Assembly (NCBI RefSeq): GCF_009914755.1
Contig: NC_060934.1
DNA: 64,000 bases
DNA from: the human T2T-CHM13v2.0 reference genome, Homo sapiens
Strand: one strand, 5' to 3'
Positions 15,240 through 30,778 of the stretch are shown one piece after another (the first letter of the stretch is position 1; the number at the start of each line of letters is the position of its first letter). A program made the position numbers and the translations under genes. Below the pieces are notes generated by a model, which had not been told where the DNA came from, searched no databases, and saw only the letters and a program-made list of their open reading frames with translations.

Positions 15240-15595
15240 TCTTCCTGGGATGAATTTAAGGCTGCTAGCAGAAAGAAGCCTCTTTCTACTGAATTAACTA
15301 ATTAATGTAATTCTGGATTGGCAAAAGTTATTCCCTTGCTGCACAGAGGAAGCATAGGAAGAGAGAACACAGTCTTCATAAAAAGGAAAAAGTGAGGTGA
15401 GGGGTCAGAGAGAATACACACTCTGACAACATTCTTTAAAGATCCTGGATCCAGCCATGCCTCAAGTCACCGTAGGATGGCTTCTTCCCCCTTCCTTGCC
15501 TCTCTTCCTCCCTTTCTTCTCTCTTTTCCTTATTTTTTTTCTGCTTATGCCTTTTGAAATTGGCTATTTGCAATTGGAATGATTCTGACTAATTT
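15240..15595 (+). mobile_element. Old MaLR LTR (MLT1J/K-like) fragment
   Basis: cctggatccagccatgcct.aag...tgcaa...gatcctgactaat-like 3' end. Confidence 0.5.
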
Positions 15596-15939
15596 CATGC
15601 CTGTTCAATCCTTCAGGTCAAGGCAAGGGAAATAAAGAGACTACAAGTAGTTCATTGAACAAAGAAAGCACATTCAGGTCCTTATTTCACTAACCCCCCT
15701 TTTCAGCATCTCAGAGATGACATCAGTAGGTTGCTTCAGGAGACACTGGTCTGTAAGCACATAGGCTGTACATGCAGAGCCAGCTCTGGGTGGCCTGAGC
15801 TGCCAGCCACTCCCAGGATGGGGGTCAGTGGTATACGAGTTGGTGAAAGTTCATGCCTCCCTCTGCTTAAATTTAGTGGGAGAGCCAAACATCAAACAAA
15901 TCCACATGTAATCTAGGTGATAAAGCAGAATAGGGGCTA

Positions 15940-17000
15940 GGGATATAGGCACAGGGGATAGAGCTCTGTTGTGGATAGGTAGAGCAACACTAAGAGGTGG
16001 CCTTGAAATGGTGTAAGAATGAAACAAGTGATGGGATGAGGCCATCTGGGGATATGGAGTCCAGGCACAGGAAGTCAGGAGTCTTTGGGTGATTTATGAG
16101 CAGGTGAGTGATGTAGTTTGATTTATTCTTTAAAACCATCACTCAATGCTCTAGAGAACTGACCTTAGGGGCAGGCAGGCCAATTAAGGGCTAATGTAAT
16201 GGTGGCGCAGGTAGGAAGCAATGGGACTTGGACTGAGTGATAGTGCCAGGAAGTCATCGTAGAGCTGGAGATCAAGCTGATGGGAGTTGTTGGTGGAGTC
16301 GCTCTGGGGTTTGAGTACATGATAAATATCAAAAAATGCATGCAAGATTTTTGCCTGAGTCAATAAGTCCTTGTGCCATCTATTGATAGGGAGAAGTGTG
16401 AGGGGTAGATGTCTGGAGGGGCCTGCCACTGAGCAGGACGCTAGAAGAGTGTGACATCTTGGAAATCATAGGCATGATTGTTTTCAGGAGAAGGGGGTTG
16501 TGTTAGGCTGTTCTTGCATTGCTATAAAGAATTACCTGGGACTGGGTAATTTATAAAGAAAAGAGGTTTAATTGGCTCACTGTTCTTCAGGCTGTGTAGA
16601 AAAGTATGGTGCTTGCATCCGCTCAGCTTCTGGGGAGGGCTTGGGGAGCTTCCAATCATGGCAGAAGGCAAAGCAGAAGCAGGCACATCACATGGCGAAA
16701 GCAGAAGTGAGAGAAAGAGTGGAGGGGGAGGTGCCACACACTTTTAAAGCAGTCACATCCTGTGTGAACTCAGAGCAAGAGCTCACTTATCACCAAGGGG
16801 ATGGCCCAAGCCATTCATGAGGAATCCACCCTCATGACAAAAACACCTCCCACCAAGCCCCACCTCCAACATTAGGAATTACAATTCAGCATGAGATTTG
16901 GGTGAGGACAAATATCCAAACTGTATCAGGGGTTGACTCTATCAAACACTGATGAACAGCCAAGGTACAATGAAGACTGAGAAATTCCCATTGGGTGGGC
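15940..17000 (-). mobile_element. L2 fragments flanking the MST LTR
   Basis: Degenerate L2 antisense motifs (ttttaaaaccatcactc; agagtgtgacatcttggaa). Confidence 0.5.
16499..16928 (-). mobile_element. MSTA/MSTB solo LTR (ERVL-MaLR)
   Basis: TG...CA ends; 5-bp TSD GGGGT at 16494-16498 and 16929-16933. Confidence 0.92.
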
Positions 17001-18825
17001 CATGATCATCATATAACAAGAAGGTTTGGGAGTGTAGGGGTTCAGGGGAGATCTGATTCTTGACCATGTGTTCAAGGGACAGTCCCTTTGCTGTGCCAAC
17101 TGCTAGAGGAGAGCAGAATGTGCAGGCTGCCCAAACCTGTTCTGCCTCTGCAGAAGGGTTGAAAGTGATGGGTTGGATTGCCTGGGATCAAAGCCAAAAC
17201 TAGCACCACTGAAGCAGTGTGGGGCAGGGGAGAAAAACACAGATTGCTGGGAATTTCTGCAAGATGATTTTGGCATCATCTTTATGGTACGTTTGAATGT
17301 GGCCTGCATAGGAAACCAGAAAGTTGAACTTAATACAAAATTGGAACTTGCCTCCTGATGGGCCCCAGGTGACAGATGAACTTTGAAAAAAAAAAAAATC
17401 AGTGTTTACGGTAGTTCTTACCACAGTATGATCGGTAATTCCACCCAACACCTATTTCCATGATTAGCCTGGTTTTCTTATTTCTTTTGCAATTCACCTC
17501 TAAGCCAGGCATGTGATATGTACTAAAATCAACCTGAGGGACAAAAAAATTCTCTGGCATTTAAATGGATTTCACATGTGCCACTTCTAAAAATTCCCAG
17601 CAAGAGGGGACATTTCTATTAAGACATTCCACTGGAATGAATTGATGGCTGCCTGAATTGTACAATTATATTTGCTCTAAGGGATGAAGGATCTAAAGAA
17701 TAGAGGAAATGAGGGTAGTTAGAATACAACAATTATAATTATGGAGCTCACACGCTGCTATGTTGAGAGAAATGATCAGCAGCCACTTCTCTGACACTGC
17801 AAGATTTTATGTTTTGGAGTTCTTAAATTTGAGGGTTATTACCCTGAGTTACCCAGTGTTATAAACTTTTATTTGCAAATTGCATTTATAAAGAGTGGCT
17901 ATAGAAGGCAGGATAAAATATAGCCAGTAAAATTTGCACTGTCTCATAGTTTTACTAGTTTTCCAAAACAACTTTCATTGGGCTGATGTTTGAATGTTTG
18001 GTTAATAGGACCATGTTTTTGCGTGTTGTTTTAATTTTCAGAAAAAAAAAAATAAATGTCTCTGAGAACCCAGGAGAGGGAGTAGTTAATGTTTCCTGAC
18101 AGGGATCAGGAAAGACTTCAGAAAAATGCTAACATTTGGCAGGGCTGGAAGGAGAGATAGTTTTCTAGTAGAAAAGTGGAAGAACACATCCCACGTAGAA
18201 GGGAAGCATCCACAAAGACGAGACCACTTAGAACAGCTAGATGGGCCTGGATCAGGGCCAAATCCAACAGGAAGTTGGCAACCTTGGAATTATGGGCTTT
18301 AAAGATAGGGGATGGCCTTAGTGGTGTCTGTAGCCCCCAGCTAGCAAGGATGTGAGCTACTAGGTAGCCTGTTGTCCCAGGGACAGAACTGAATGCCATT
18401 TCTTCTTGGGTACTTTCCCGCTGCTTTTAACATTTGGGTGACCCCAGAAGAGGATCCAAATTGGCGTTTTTCAGGTCTAAAGGTCAATTTTTGCTTCTAG
18501 AAAGATGTGTAGGTTACCTCTAGAGCCAGCTGAACTGCCTAATTCCTCAGAGGACACACTAGGGGAAGGGAAATTGAGGAGGTGTCAGTGGAAGGTGACA
18601 AAGTTGGAGCTTCCAAAGGTCACACTTTTATTGACCACTGTTAAGCCAGACAGGGTCGCATCCCGAGTGTATCATAAAGGGTGTTTTGGGAGAAGTAGGC
18701 ATAACAAGTCTCTCCAAAGGCAGCCCTGGGAAGTACGTGGAAAAGGCATGATGGAAATGATTACGGAAGGTTATGCTGGGACTGGGTAATTTTCCATCAG
18801 TCTTAGTTATTAAAAGCATTTACCC

Positions 18826-19243
18826 CGTGTTAGGGTTTTGCAGAGAAACAGAACCAATAGGATGTACTTGTATGTCAAAAGATTTATTTTAAATAATTGG
18901 CTCACATGATTATGGAGGCTGGAAGGTACATATTCCTGTGATTTTGAACCTGTGAGTTGGAGATAAAGGGAAGAACCAATGTTGTAGTTTAGGTTGAAGG
19001 CCAGCTGCTTGCTGGCAGAATTCTTGCTTGAGGGAGGTCAGACTTGGGTCTGTTAAGGCCTTTAACCGACTGGATGAGGCCCAGCTCCATTATGGAGAGC
19101 AATCTGCTGTATTCAAAGTTCACTGATTTAAATATTAGGATCACCCAAAAAAAATCCTTCACAGAAACTTCCAGAATAATGTTTGACTATATATCTGGGG
19201 ACCATGGGCCAGTCATATTGACATATAAAAAGTTAACCATCAC
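18826..19243 (-). mobile_element. MLT2B-like solo LTR (ERVL)
   Basis: cagagaaacagaaccaatagga...gactggatgaggccc...ttaaccatcaca. Confidence 0.85.
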
Positions 19244-19344
19244 AGCCTCCAAAGACTGACGCAGGAGGGGATGCCCCTTTAGAGCTCAATGTCTCTTGAT
19301 TGTCTTTTGTTGCCAACAAAACATGAATTTTAAAACTACTTTTT

Positions 19345-19432
19345 TCCATGTCGATGTATCCCCAGTGCCTATAATATAACTTAGCACATAGTAGGTGCTT
19401 AATAAATATTTTATAAATAAACAAATGATAGG
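19345..19432 (+). mobile_element. L2 3' terminus
   Basis: agcacatagtaggtgcttaataaatattt. Confidence 0.75.
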
Positions 19433-20167
19433 ATAAATGTTTGAGTTCAATTATTTGAAAGCACATTATATGACACTCTAGTTATTTCCATTCTGGACAG
19501 AATGTTTGTGCTAATGTATGTAATAACATCACGTCGAGTTGCTCGGTTTGTCTGGCTTGTGTTCCTATACTTCCTAGGCATAAATTGGGCATCTTTGGAA
19601 ATTGGTCGTAACTTTTTCATATTACTGATTATCATGGAGAAATTGGCAATAGACTTCAATACATGATGTTTCCGTGTGTCCTGCTGAGAAGCTCTCACCC
19701 AAGTGAGAAAGCTAATGAACCGTCTGAGGAGTTTTAGCTGTATATATATTACAGCACATTGAAAGGGAAAGAGAAATGATGTATTTTCTTTACCAGCAAA
19801 GCTTGTGAAGGCTATTTGTAACTGTACTTGGCCCACCGATAATTTGTAGCCTTGGAAAATGTGACCGACAGGTGTGGAAGTACTCCTGGAGCCCATGGTA
19901 GAGTGAATGATAAATCATAGCCTTGTAGATGGATGGGAGACAGGACTGGCAAGAAGTTCATCAGCAGTGGGTGCAAATACAATGAGCAATGAATAAAATA
20001 ATATGCATCTGATTTTGTCTGCAAACAAATAAAGAGAAGGCTAACCCATACTTACCTTCCTTTCATGGTTCAGACTTTCCTGATATTTTATGCCCTTTAC
20101 AAACACCACTTTTTGAAGGACTACACTGAATGTCATTCACCATGTTCCCTGCCCTCCAGTAACTTAT

Positions 20168-20903
<736 letters not shown>

Positions 20904-22474
20904 TTCTAGATAGAAGTTTGGGGCAGAGGTGTGTATGCACCTTTCCTAGTTGGTGGGACAAAATGATTTGCTTCAGCTACAATTTTAGTAGCTGAAAACT
21001 TAACAGAAAACAGGGGTCAAGGTAAAGGGTTAATGGGAATCATTCTCTGCCAGCAGCTGTAGGGAAGGAGAGATAGAGATGGCAAAGGAAGGATTAAGCA
21101 AAGTGTGCCAAGGGAGTATCTGATTATAGTGAAGGAAGTAAAAAACTATAGGAGGTAAAGAAGAAACTAGAAAAACTGGCAGAAAGGCTTGAAACCATCA
21201 GGAAGGAAGCGAAGACTACGCAGGGCCTAGGGGACTATCTCATTTGATAAAGCACTTTCTAGTATGCATGGCACTCATCTCAGAGGAACGTAATCTGATT
21301 TGGCAAAGAAAAATACCTCTTTGAATCTCTGGAGAGGAAACTAGCTAGAAACAAGAAGGCTGCTGGGGCGATGACAGTAGCCAGAGGAGTCTTGAGGAAT
21401 AAAAAATAAATGAAGGTAATGAAGATGTCCAGGGAAGTATTGGCATTTATTTATTCCAGACTTTGGATGAAGATGGAGATGCATCTTTTGTTTCCTGGGC
21501 TTCGGATCCTGGGGCACTGGGGTCTCTCAGAGGTTTTATGAAGATGATAATGGGGTGGGTTTCAGGAGAGAGATAAAGACTGTATCTTTGGTGTAAGTCC
21601 AGGCAACAGAGAACAGTTCAAGGAAATATGCTCCCACATGACCACACATGAGCCTCTTGAGTAGGGCCAGGACATGTCAAGAAGGGAATGACTATCTGCA
21701 CCAAGATAGTTGAGACAATTAAGGAAGGACATTTCCTTATTAGGAAGGGATTGAGAATAGATCCCAGAGGGAGCATTCATAAATAGTGGAGGAAATGATG
21801 AAAATGAAGATTTAAAGAAGATACAAAGGTCAGAAAGATACAGAGAACTAAAGTCAGAAGTGAGTTCCTTCAGAAGCCCAATCTAGAACTGGCTGGCCTC
21901 TTTGCAAAAGGCCCAGCTTCTTGCTGAGCTCCGGGGATTGTTTCTGTGACTGATACGTGATGAATCCATCTCCATGTTTCCTGCTGCTGCCCTACACTTA
22001 GATTTCCCCAAGAATACAAGCTAGCTAGACCTGGGCTGTTTTGCAATGAGAGCCAGTTTCTCTCCTCCCTTATCCCCAGGAGTGACTGTTGTGCGCTACA
22101 CCTGGATTCCCTGGGGAAGCTCAGTGAATTCAAACCTGCAGGTGTGGAATCAATTCCATTGGAAACCCCAAGGCCAGTTGACCAGTTCCTCCAGACTGCA
22201 CACCTCTGACATTCTCAGGTGCTTCTCAAAATGGAAGCCCCTCCAAGGTAGGTTATCTGTTCTCTGCAGCCCAACCTGCTCTGTGTGTCCTCCCCTTGGC
22301 CCAGCCTCCCTCACTCCCTCTCTCCAAAACCTATGCACGACATCTTTTGGAGTGCTTGTTTCCTAGTGAACAAAAGTCCTTTCCTTCATCCTCCTCTTTA
22401 GTAGAGGGTCTTTATCCCTGGGTCTTAACTGACACCTTCCTCCAGCTCAAGAATTTTAATTTTCTAGCAGCCTT

Positions 22475-22582
22475 CCGATTGTAGATTCTATGAGAGCAGG
22501 AACCCCATGTGATTTGTTTACCCAGAATTTTCTTAGCATCTAGCACAGCCCCAGCACTAGCAGGCACCCAAGAAATGCTTCT
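22475..22582 (+). mobile_element. L2 3' terminus
   Basis: gattgtagattctatgagagcaggaacc...tctagcacag...agcaggcacccaagaaatgctt. Confidence 0.65.
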
Positions 22583-22778
22583 GGAAGGAAGGAAGGAAGG
22601 AAGCAAGGAAGGAAGGAAGGAAGGAAGGAAGGAAAGAAGGGAAAGGAGAGGAGAGGAGAGGAAAGGAAGGAGAGGGGAGGGGAGGAGAGGAGAGGGGAGA
22701 GGAGGGGGAGGGGGACGGAAGGAAGGGGGGAGGGAAGATGGAAGGGAGGGAGGATGGGAAGGAAGATGGGAGGATGGA
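22583..22778 (+). repeat. (GGAA)n / GA-rich polypurine microsatellite
   Basis: (GGAA)5 GCAA (GGAA)7 followed by GGAGA/GGGA variants. Confidence 0.95.
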
Positions 22779-22999
22779 TTTGCTTATTTGCCTGCAACCT
22801 GTGTTTTCAGAGTCAGTAGTTGGGGTTGAGACCCCTCTATTTTCCCTGTGCCTTTTACAGGTAACGTTTCTTCTTCCTCTTATCCACGGTCCTGTGAGGT
22901 TCATGCTGTCTGGTTATAAAACCCACTACCCCATCACTGTCAGCACTACCTTCCTACTTCTGTTCTTCATGTAGTAAAGGCTTTGCTGTCTGGCTCCTG

Positions 23000-24862
<1,863 letters not shown>

Positions 24863-25076
24863 AGAGCTTGAATGAGGGGCTGTGACTGCGTAATGGTGGC
24901 ACAAATGCAGGAGGCTTCTAATAGCAGCATCTTGGCAGAATGAAGTGTTGGTCCTATTTTACATGATCATTAATATGGTCAAGTACTTTCTAGCTAGGAA
25001 AAATATAGATTTTAGTGGTTCATCACCAGGCATGCACTTTGAATTTTCTACTCATGATGTGCTGACCTTAAGATAA

Positions 25077-25469
25077 TTCCTTTCCCTTCCCTTCCCTTCC
25101 CCTCCCCTCCCTTCCCTTTCTTCCCTTTCCTTCCCTTCCCTTCCCTTTGTTTTTTTTTTGTTTGTTTGTTTTGGTTTTTGTTTTTTTGGATACAGAGCCT
25201 TGTTCTGTCACCCAGGATGGAAGGCAGTGGCATGATCTTAGCTCACTGCAACCTCCACCTCCCAGGTTCAAGGAATTCTTGTGCCTCAGCCTCCCGAGTA
25301 GCTGAGATTACAGGTGCATGCCACCTTGCCGGGCTGAATTTTTTATTTTTAGTAAAGCTGGGGTTTCTCCATGTTGCCCAGGTTGGTCTCAAACTCCTGA
25401 GCTCAAGCTCTCTGCCTGCCTCGGCCTTCCAAAGTGCTGGGATTACAGGTGTGAGCCACCGTGCCTGGC
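25077..25469 (-). mobile_element. Alu (J/S) with (CCCTT)n expanded tail
   Basis: Dimer 25190-25469; pyrimidine repeat 25077-25147. Confidence 0.9.
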
Positions 25470-26676
25470 GAGAATTTTCTACAATACCATGTGAGGTGTC
25501 CCATGCACCAGGACAAATGTGTTGTCTAGAAAGTTTATTCAATCACGTATTTTAATAATTTAAATCAGTGAGGATCATATGTACTGAAGCATTTTTGAAA
25601 GTATGCAGAAAATGAGTCTTCTAGTTTTTACTTCCCTATGTTATGTGTCATGAGGTCCTTACAGGAGCTAAAATGTCTTTTTTTTAAGATGCCATTTCTC
25701 CAACTCTTCCCTAGTCCCCTTGAACTTACTTTCAGTATTAAAAAAAAAAGAAATTTCTTCTTATTTTACTGTGATTGACCAAACTAATTTGTGACTGTGG
25801 CTAGTGGTCTTGAAAATTAAAATAATTTCATTCATTTAGCAAATCTGGTTGAAGAAAAATGTGAATAAAAAGTTTTTTCTTCCTGGTTTTCTTTACTGTA
25901 TTTTAAGCCATCTGCAGGGGCTTCTTGTGAGATTATCTGTCTTGAAGATATTTGTGACTAATTACAAGCAGTGTAACCTGGGAGAGAAGCTGTTCAGGCT
26001 GAGGATTTTAAAACGATGAGATGAGAGAAAATTAGCAGACATCTTTTATTATGTCTACTGTCTTTAAAAGTCAACTCTCTGGAAAACTATTTTTATAGGC
26101 AAAAAGTAGGTGGGTATGTGGTATGATTATTTGTTTTACTTTTGAGGGCAGATGCTGTACCTCACATCATGAGCAATCCACCCTCATGTTAGAGGGAAGA
26201 TGGAGTCGTTTCTGGGTGTTTGTGAACTCTTGGTAGAGCCAACTGAATGTCAGTTTCTATTATTCTGTGGTGAATAATAACTCAAGTAATTTTCATAAAG
26301 AAACAGATTGAATTTCACTGTGAACATTTTCATCAATTCCTAGAATCTTGGAATTTCGCTAATTAGCGAGTTGGAAGTATTGTATTATGTGGGAGGGGGA
26401 TTTAATGAATTAAAATACTATTAATTTTGTCTCTTTTTGTTTTGGTTCCTGAGACATTTACATTTTATTGACTCCTTAGATATGGGCTTAAGCAAGTCTC
26501 TTTTTAAGACAGGAAGTCATTGAACAAATTATTTGTGAGCTCCAAGAGTAGGCTGATTTTATTGCTTCAAATTATGTGTGGGGGGAAATGTACTTTGATC
26601 CAAATGTTAATTGGATACTGAAGAATTGTTTCTGAAAATTTGACTATTTTTAAACAGCTTGATATAGGCTCCAATT

Positions 26677-26906
26677 AAAATAACCACATATAACGTTCAT
26701 TTTTATTTTCATTAACTCAGAATTAAGAACTGTGTTATAATTTTTGAATTCATGCAATATTGCACTTTCTCAATTTCCCTCAGGTATCATTTTTGACTAT
26801 GTTTACTTGGAAATTATGCTTTTTACTCTTGTATCAAAGGCATTAGTTATGACATGTTACTAATGAATGTAAGCATAAAGGAATGATATTTTTATTAAAT
26901 CCTAGG
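26677..26906 (+). repeat. Local direct repeat, copy 1 (~225 bp, no TE recognised)
   Basis: Aligns with 30553-30778 (attaactcagaattaagaac; catgttactaatgaatgtaagcataaagg). Confidence 0.9.
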
Positions 26907-26974
26907 CATTATGTTTTATTCAGTGTCTTTAGATTGCTGGTTTAAAAAAATTCCATCATAAACCAAAGTGAATG

Positions 26975-27170
26975 GGTATTACCCAACAACTTCCACAGGG
27001 CAGCCCTGTGCTAAGCTACACATACTACAATTTATCACATTTAAGCTCTGCAAGAGCCTTGTGAAGAATTATCACCCCCATTTTACACAGAAGGAGTTGA
27101 GGCACAAAGAAGTTAAGTGCCTACCCCAAATTCATACAAATAACAGTTGGTGGATTTGAGATCATGGGTT
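26975..27170 (-). mobile_element. MIR
   Basis: ccccattttacacagaaggagttgaggcacaaagaagttaagtg core. Confidence 0.75.
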
Positions 27171-28059
27171 TTTTGAAATCAGTGATAGATGCTCTGCGTT
27201 TTGGTTCTTCAGTTTCATGCTTCTTATTTTTTATGGGGGCTCAAATCATTGTATAGAAAGCATTCTGTGCCTACTTGCAAAAAGATTTCAGATTTGACAA
27301 ATAGTGGTGCCAAAAATGGAGCTGGCAAACACAAATAGAGGGAAAACTGGCTAAGACCAGTGGCATTGGTTATAAGCAGAATATTCACCAGCATTGCTTA
27401 AAGCTTTATAGAAAGAAAAGATGACATCCTCAGTATGAGGATTAGGAGACCATTTGTAGCTCAAGAAGCATGACCATTAAGCTTCTAGCTGTTAATGGAA
27501 ATAATCTGAGAGCTTTGCACTGTACGAAGCTGTGTCTGTTTGATTGCTTCATCTGTACATTTGCTTGTGAACATAGTCAATCAAAAATCAAAGAGCTACC
27601 TACCTGTTTCTTAGTTGAAGCTGTAACTGTAATAGTTTTATAAGATTTAGGATGCAAGCTAGGAATTGAATTTGGAGCTCTTACAGACTGTGTTCAATTG
27701 GGTTGACTCAACTTGCTATAATATATTTTCAAAACATTTGGGAGTAGGAATCTCACTGATTGAAGCAAGAGTTATCCAGACTTCTAGTTTCTATTGAATG
27801 CTGGAGTACAAATTGGGGGTCTATTTGATAATAAGCAAATTAATCTGTTTTAATGATTAAAAATAACATTATGTCTAAAATCCAAACTAATCTCAACAGT
27901 TTATCAATGAAAAGTAATTAAGAACTTTTGAAGAACCATCACGTCTCCTGTGATTTTTAAACATCTATTTTTAGAACTTAGAGAAAATCATAGATCTTAA
28001 AACTTTGATTCTCGCTTTCAACTTTGCCTTAAGATCTGGATTATTCTAACCCTCCTAGT

Positions 28060-28357
28060 CCTCCTGAGAAATTCCTACTTTCTTGCTAGACCCAGCTCAA
28101 AAATACCCTCATTTATGGATTCTCCCTTAACTATATGCCCAATGTCCCCTCCTCCCTGTTCTCACTGGAGTTAACCCTTTCTTGATTCCCCCTGTACGCT
28201 ATTTAATGACTGACCTTTCTGGGTATCTGCCAGGCTGAGCTGTGAGCACCTGGGTAGCAGCCAGTTCTTTTGTCTCAGAATATAGTACAGTGCCTGACAT
28301 TTAAGAGACACTCAATATTTGTTAAACATTCATACATTGTTAAACAAATGTATGAAT
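28060..28357 (+). mobile_element. L2 3' fragment
   Basis: agtacagtgcctgacatttaagagacactcaatatttgtt. Confidence 0.6.
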
Positions 28358-29494
28358 AACACGGGGAAGGCAATGCATGGGTGCATCAGAGACAATCATG
28401 TCAAAAAAGAGAGGAAAGGAAAGGGACATTTCCCAGAACTTTAAAGACTGAAGGATCTCATTAATGACTCATCTCTGTCCTAAAAGCAATCAGGATGACT
28501 GTTCAGTGCCCCTCCTGGCACCATGTGACCCACATAAGGAGTGTCTTCAGACTGAAGCTTTGCTAGAACTCAGAGTTTTACAGGCTCTGCCCAGGAGCCT
28601 CTCTGGCATTTTCTCACACAGTCTAACAGGCAGAAAATCTCTTCTTTCTTTTTGTGATCTTTGACGAATATTGTTGGATCTTCTGATTCTGACAGCCTTT
28701 AGCAGTGCTCCATTCAGGTGCAGGGCAGTGGATGCCTAGGCTGCTGCCTTCATAGCTTCTCCCGCTCTCTCTATCCTTTTTATCTTTAATGTCCTGCATC
28801 TCGAGGATAAAGTGTCCGCCTCCTGCTTCTGCTGTCCACCTTCTCTTTGGGACCCTTGAATCCTGACACTCAGCTGCTTAGATTTCTAAATGCTCCTTTT
28901 CTGCCCTACACCTTGCTTCCTTAATCTCTGGGCATCGCCTGAGAGAAGGAGCTGATAGGGCCGTTGTACCATTTCCTGCAACTTTTTTTTTTTTCCTAAA
29001 TGAGACTTGCTAATTTTTTTCCATTTGTGAGCTTCAAGAAGTGGTATTTAATTGCTGCATTAAGAGGAAGAATAAAATCAAAGGAAAAGGAATTAAAAAA
29101 AAAACAATTGGCAAATGATTAAAAACCACCAAATTATCAAAATAATAATTAAATACAAACCGAATTTCATCTTCATTATATAAATACACAGACAAATCAC
29201 AGACTGTGTAATTGTCAGGACTGACACTCACAATCCAGGGATCTACAGCTGTGGCACCCACGGCGGACGCTTCCAAGCCCAGCTGCCCCCAGCTGTGGCC
29301 CAGATTCTTTCCTGAGCTGGAGAGCAAATGGAACAAAAAAGTTTGGAAGAGAAGATAACTTAGATCTTTGGAGCTTATTGAGAGAAATTGAAATCCTAGA
29401 GGAATCCTAGGAACATGAATCTGTAGGGAGAGGAAAAACATTTCTAATATATACGACAGTTCTTCACCATAGATCTTTGGCCATATCCAGGGAA

Positions 29495-29670
29495 TTAAGA
29501 GATCTGGTTTAGTCTCAACTCAGTCTCCACGCAGGCATAATAATCTTGTCCAAGTCTGTTAACCTCTGTCATCTTCAGTGATCATAAAAGTCCCTAATAT
29601 TGCTAAAATTCAATACTTCTGTTATACAGTCCTATTGGTAAGAGTATATAGAATGTGCAATGTAGAGATG
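29495..29670 (+). mobile_element. MIR fragment
   Basis: gatctggtttagtctcaactcag...caagtctgttaacctctg. Confidence 0.5.
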
Positions 29671-30088
29671 AATGTAAATGGTCTTTTCTCCCTGGTGGCC
29701 TCGAGTGAGGAGCAAAATACTTATAATTCTGTGAATGCAAAGCAAAAACAAACGAGGAATGAAAAGAGAAGAGAAACAGAACACAAGCCTAGGGGGAGAA
29801 GACTTAATAGGTTATTGTGGAAGGAAAAAATAGAAATGTCAATAGTCAAAATAAGAAGTTTGACTGTGCTGTGTATCACTGAGAGCCTGCTGAACAGGTT
29901 GCGAGCTAATAATTACAAGAATCCAGTTAACCTCAAGTAAGCATCTATGCCTCATGTTCAGGATTGTGAACCAGTACTTTATTTCACTGATACTTTATTT
30001 TACTTTCTAATCTTCCACATATATTTATGTGCGATATCACATAATAACCAATACCTTTGGTTATTATGTGATTCTGAGCCCTATTTTA

Positions 30089-30427
<339 letters not shown>

Positions 30428-30552
30428 TAAGGTTTATAAAAACAAAAGGAAAACCTGTAAATAAATAGGAACTGATGTAATTAATATTTTAAAAAACAAC
30501 ATTGGGGCTACTAAAGATGAGTTTCATGCCCACATGAAACAGTCTTTTCAAA

Positions 30553-30778
30553 AAAATAACCACGACATTCATTTTTATTTTTATTAACTCAGAATTAAGA
30601 ACCATGTTATAATTTTCCAATTCATGTAATATTGCACTTTCTCCATTTCTCCAAACACAGGTGCAATGTTTGACTATGTTTGTTTTGAAATGATGCTCTT
30701 TATTCTTGCATCAAAAACTTATGGCATGTTACTAATGAATGTAAGCATAAAGGGACGATAGTTTTATTAAATCTTAGG
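30553..30778 (+). repeat. Local direct repeat, copy 2
   Basis: Aligns with 26677-26906, roughly 80% identity by eye. Confidence 0.9.

Noticed and set aside
20049-20058. atacttacct as a U1 snRNA 5' end
   Set aside because: Match stops after 10 nt with no TSD.
22509-22974. 106-115 aa G/E/R-rich and P/S/F-rich ORFs
   Set aside because: Translations of the GGAA microsatellite.
25041-25482. gaattttctac at 25041-25051 and 25472-25482 as an Alu TSD enclosing 25 extra bases (possible Alu transduction)
   Set aside because: No second tail next to the left copy, and agataattcct adjacent to the tail is an alternative decayed TSD; chance is likely.
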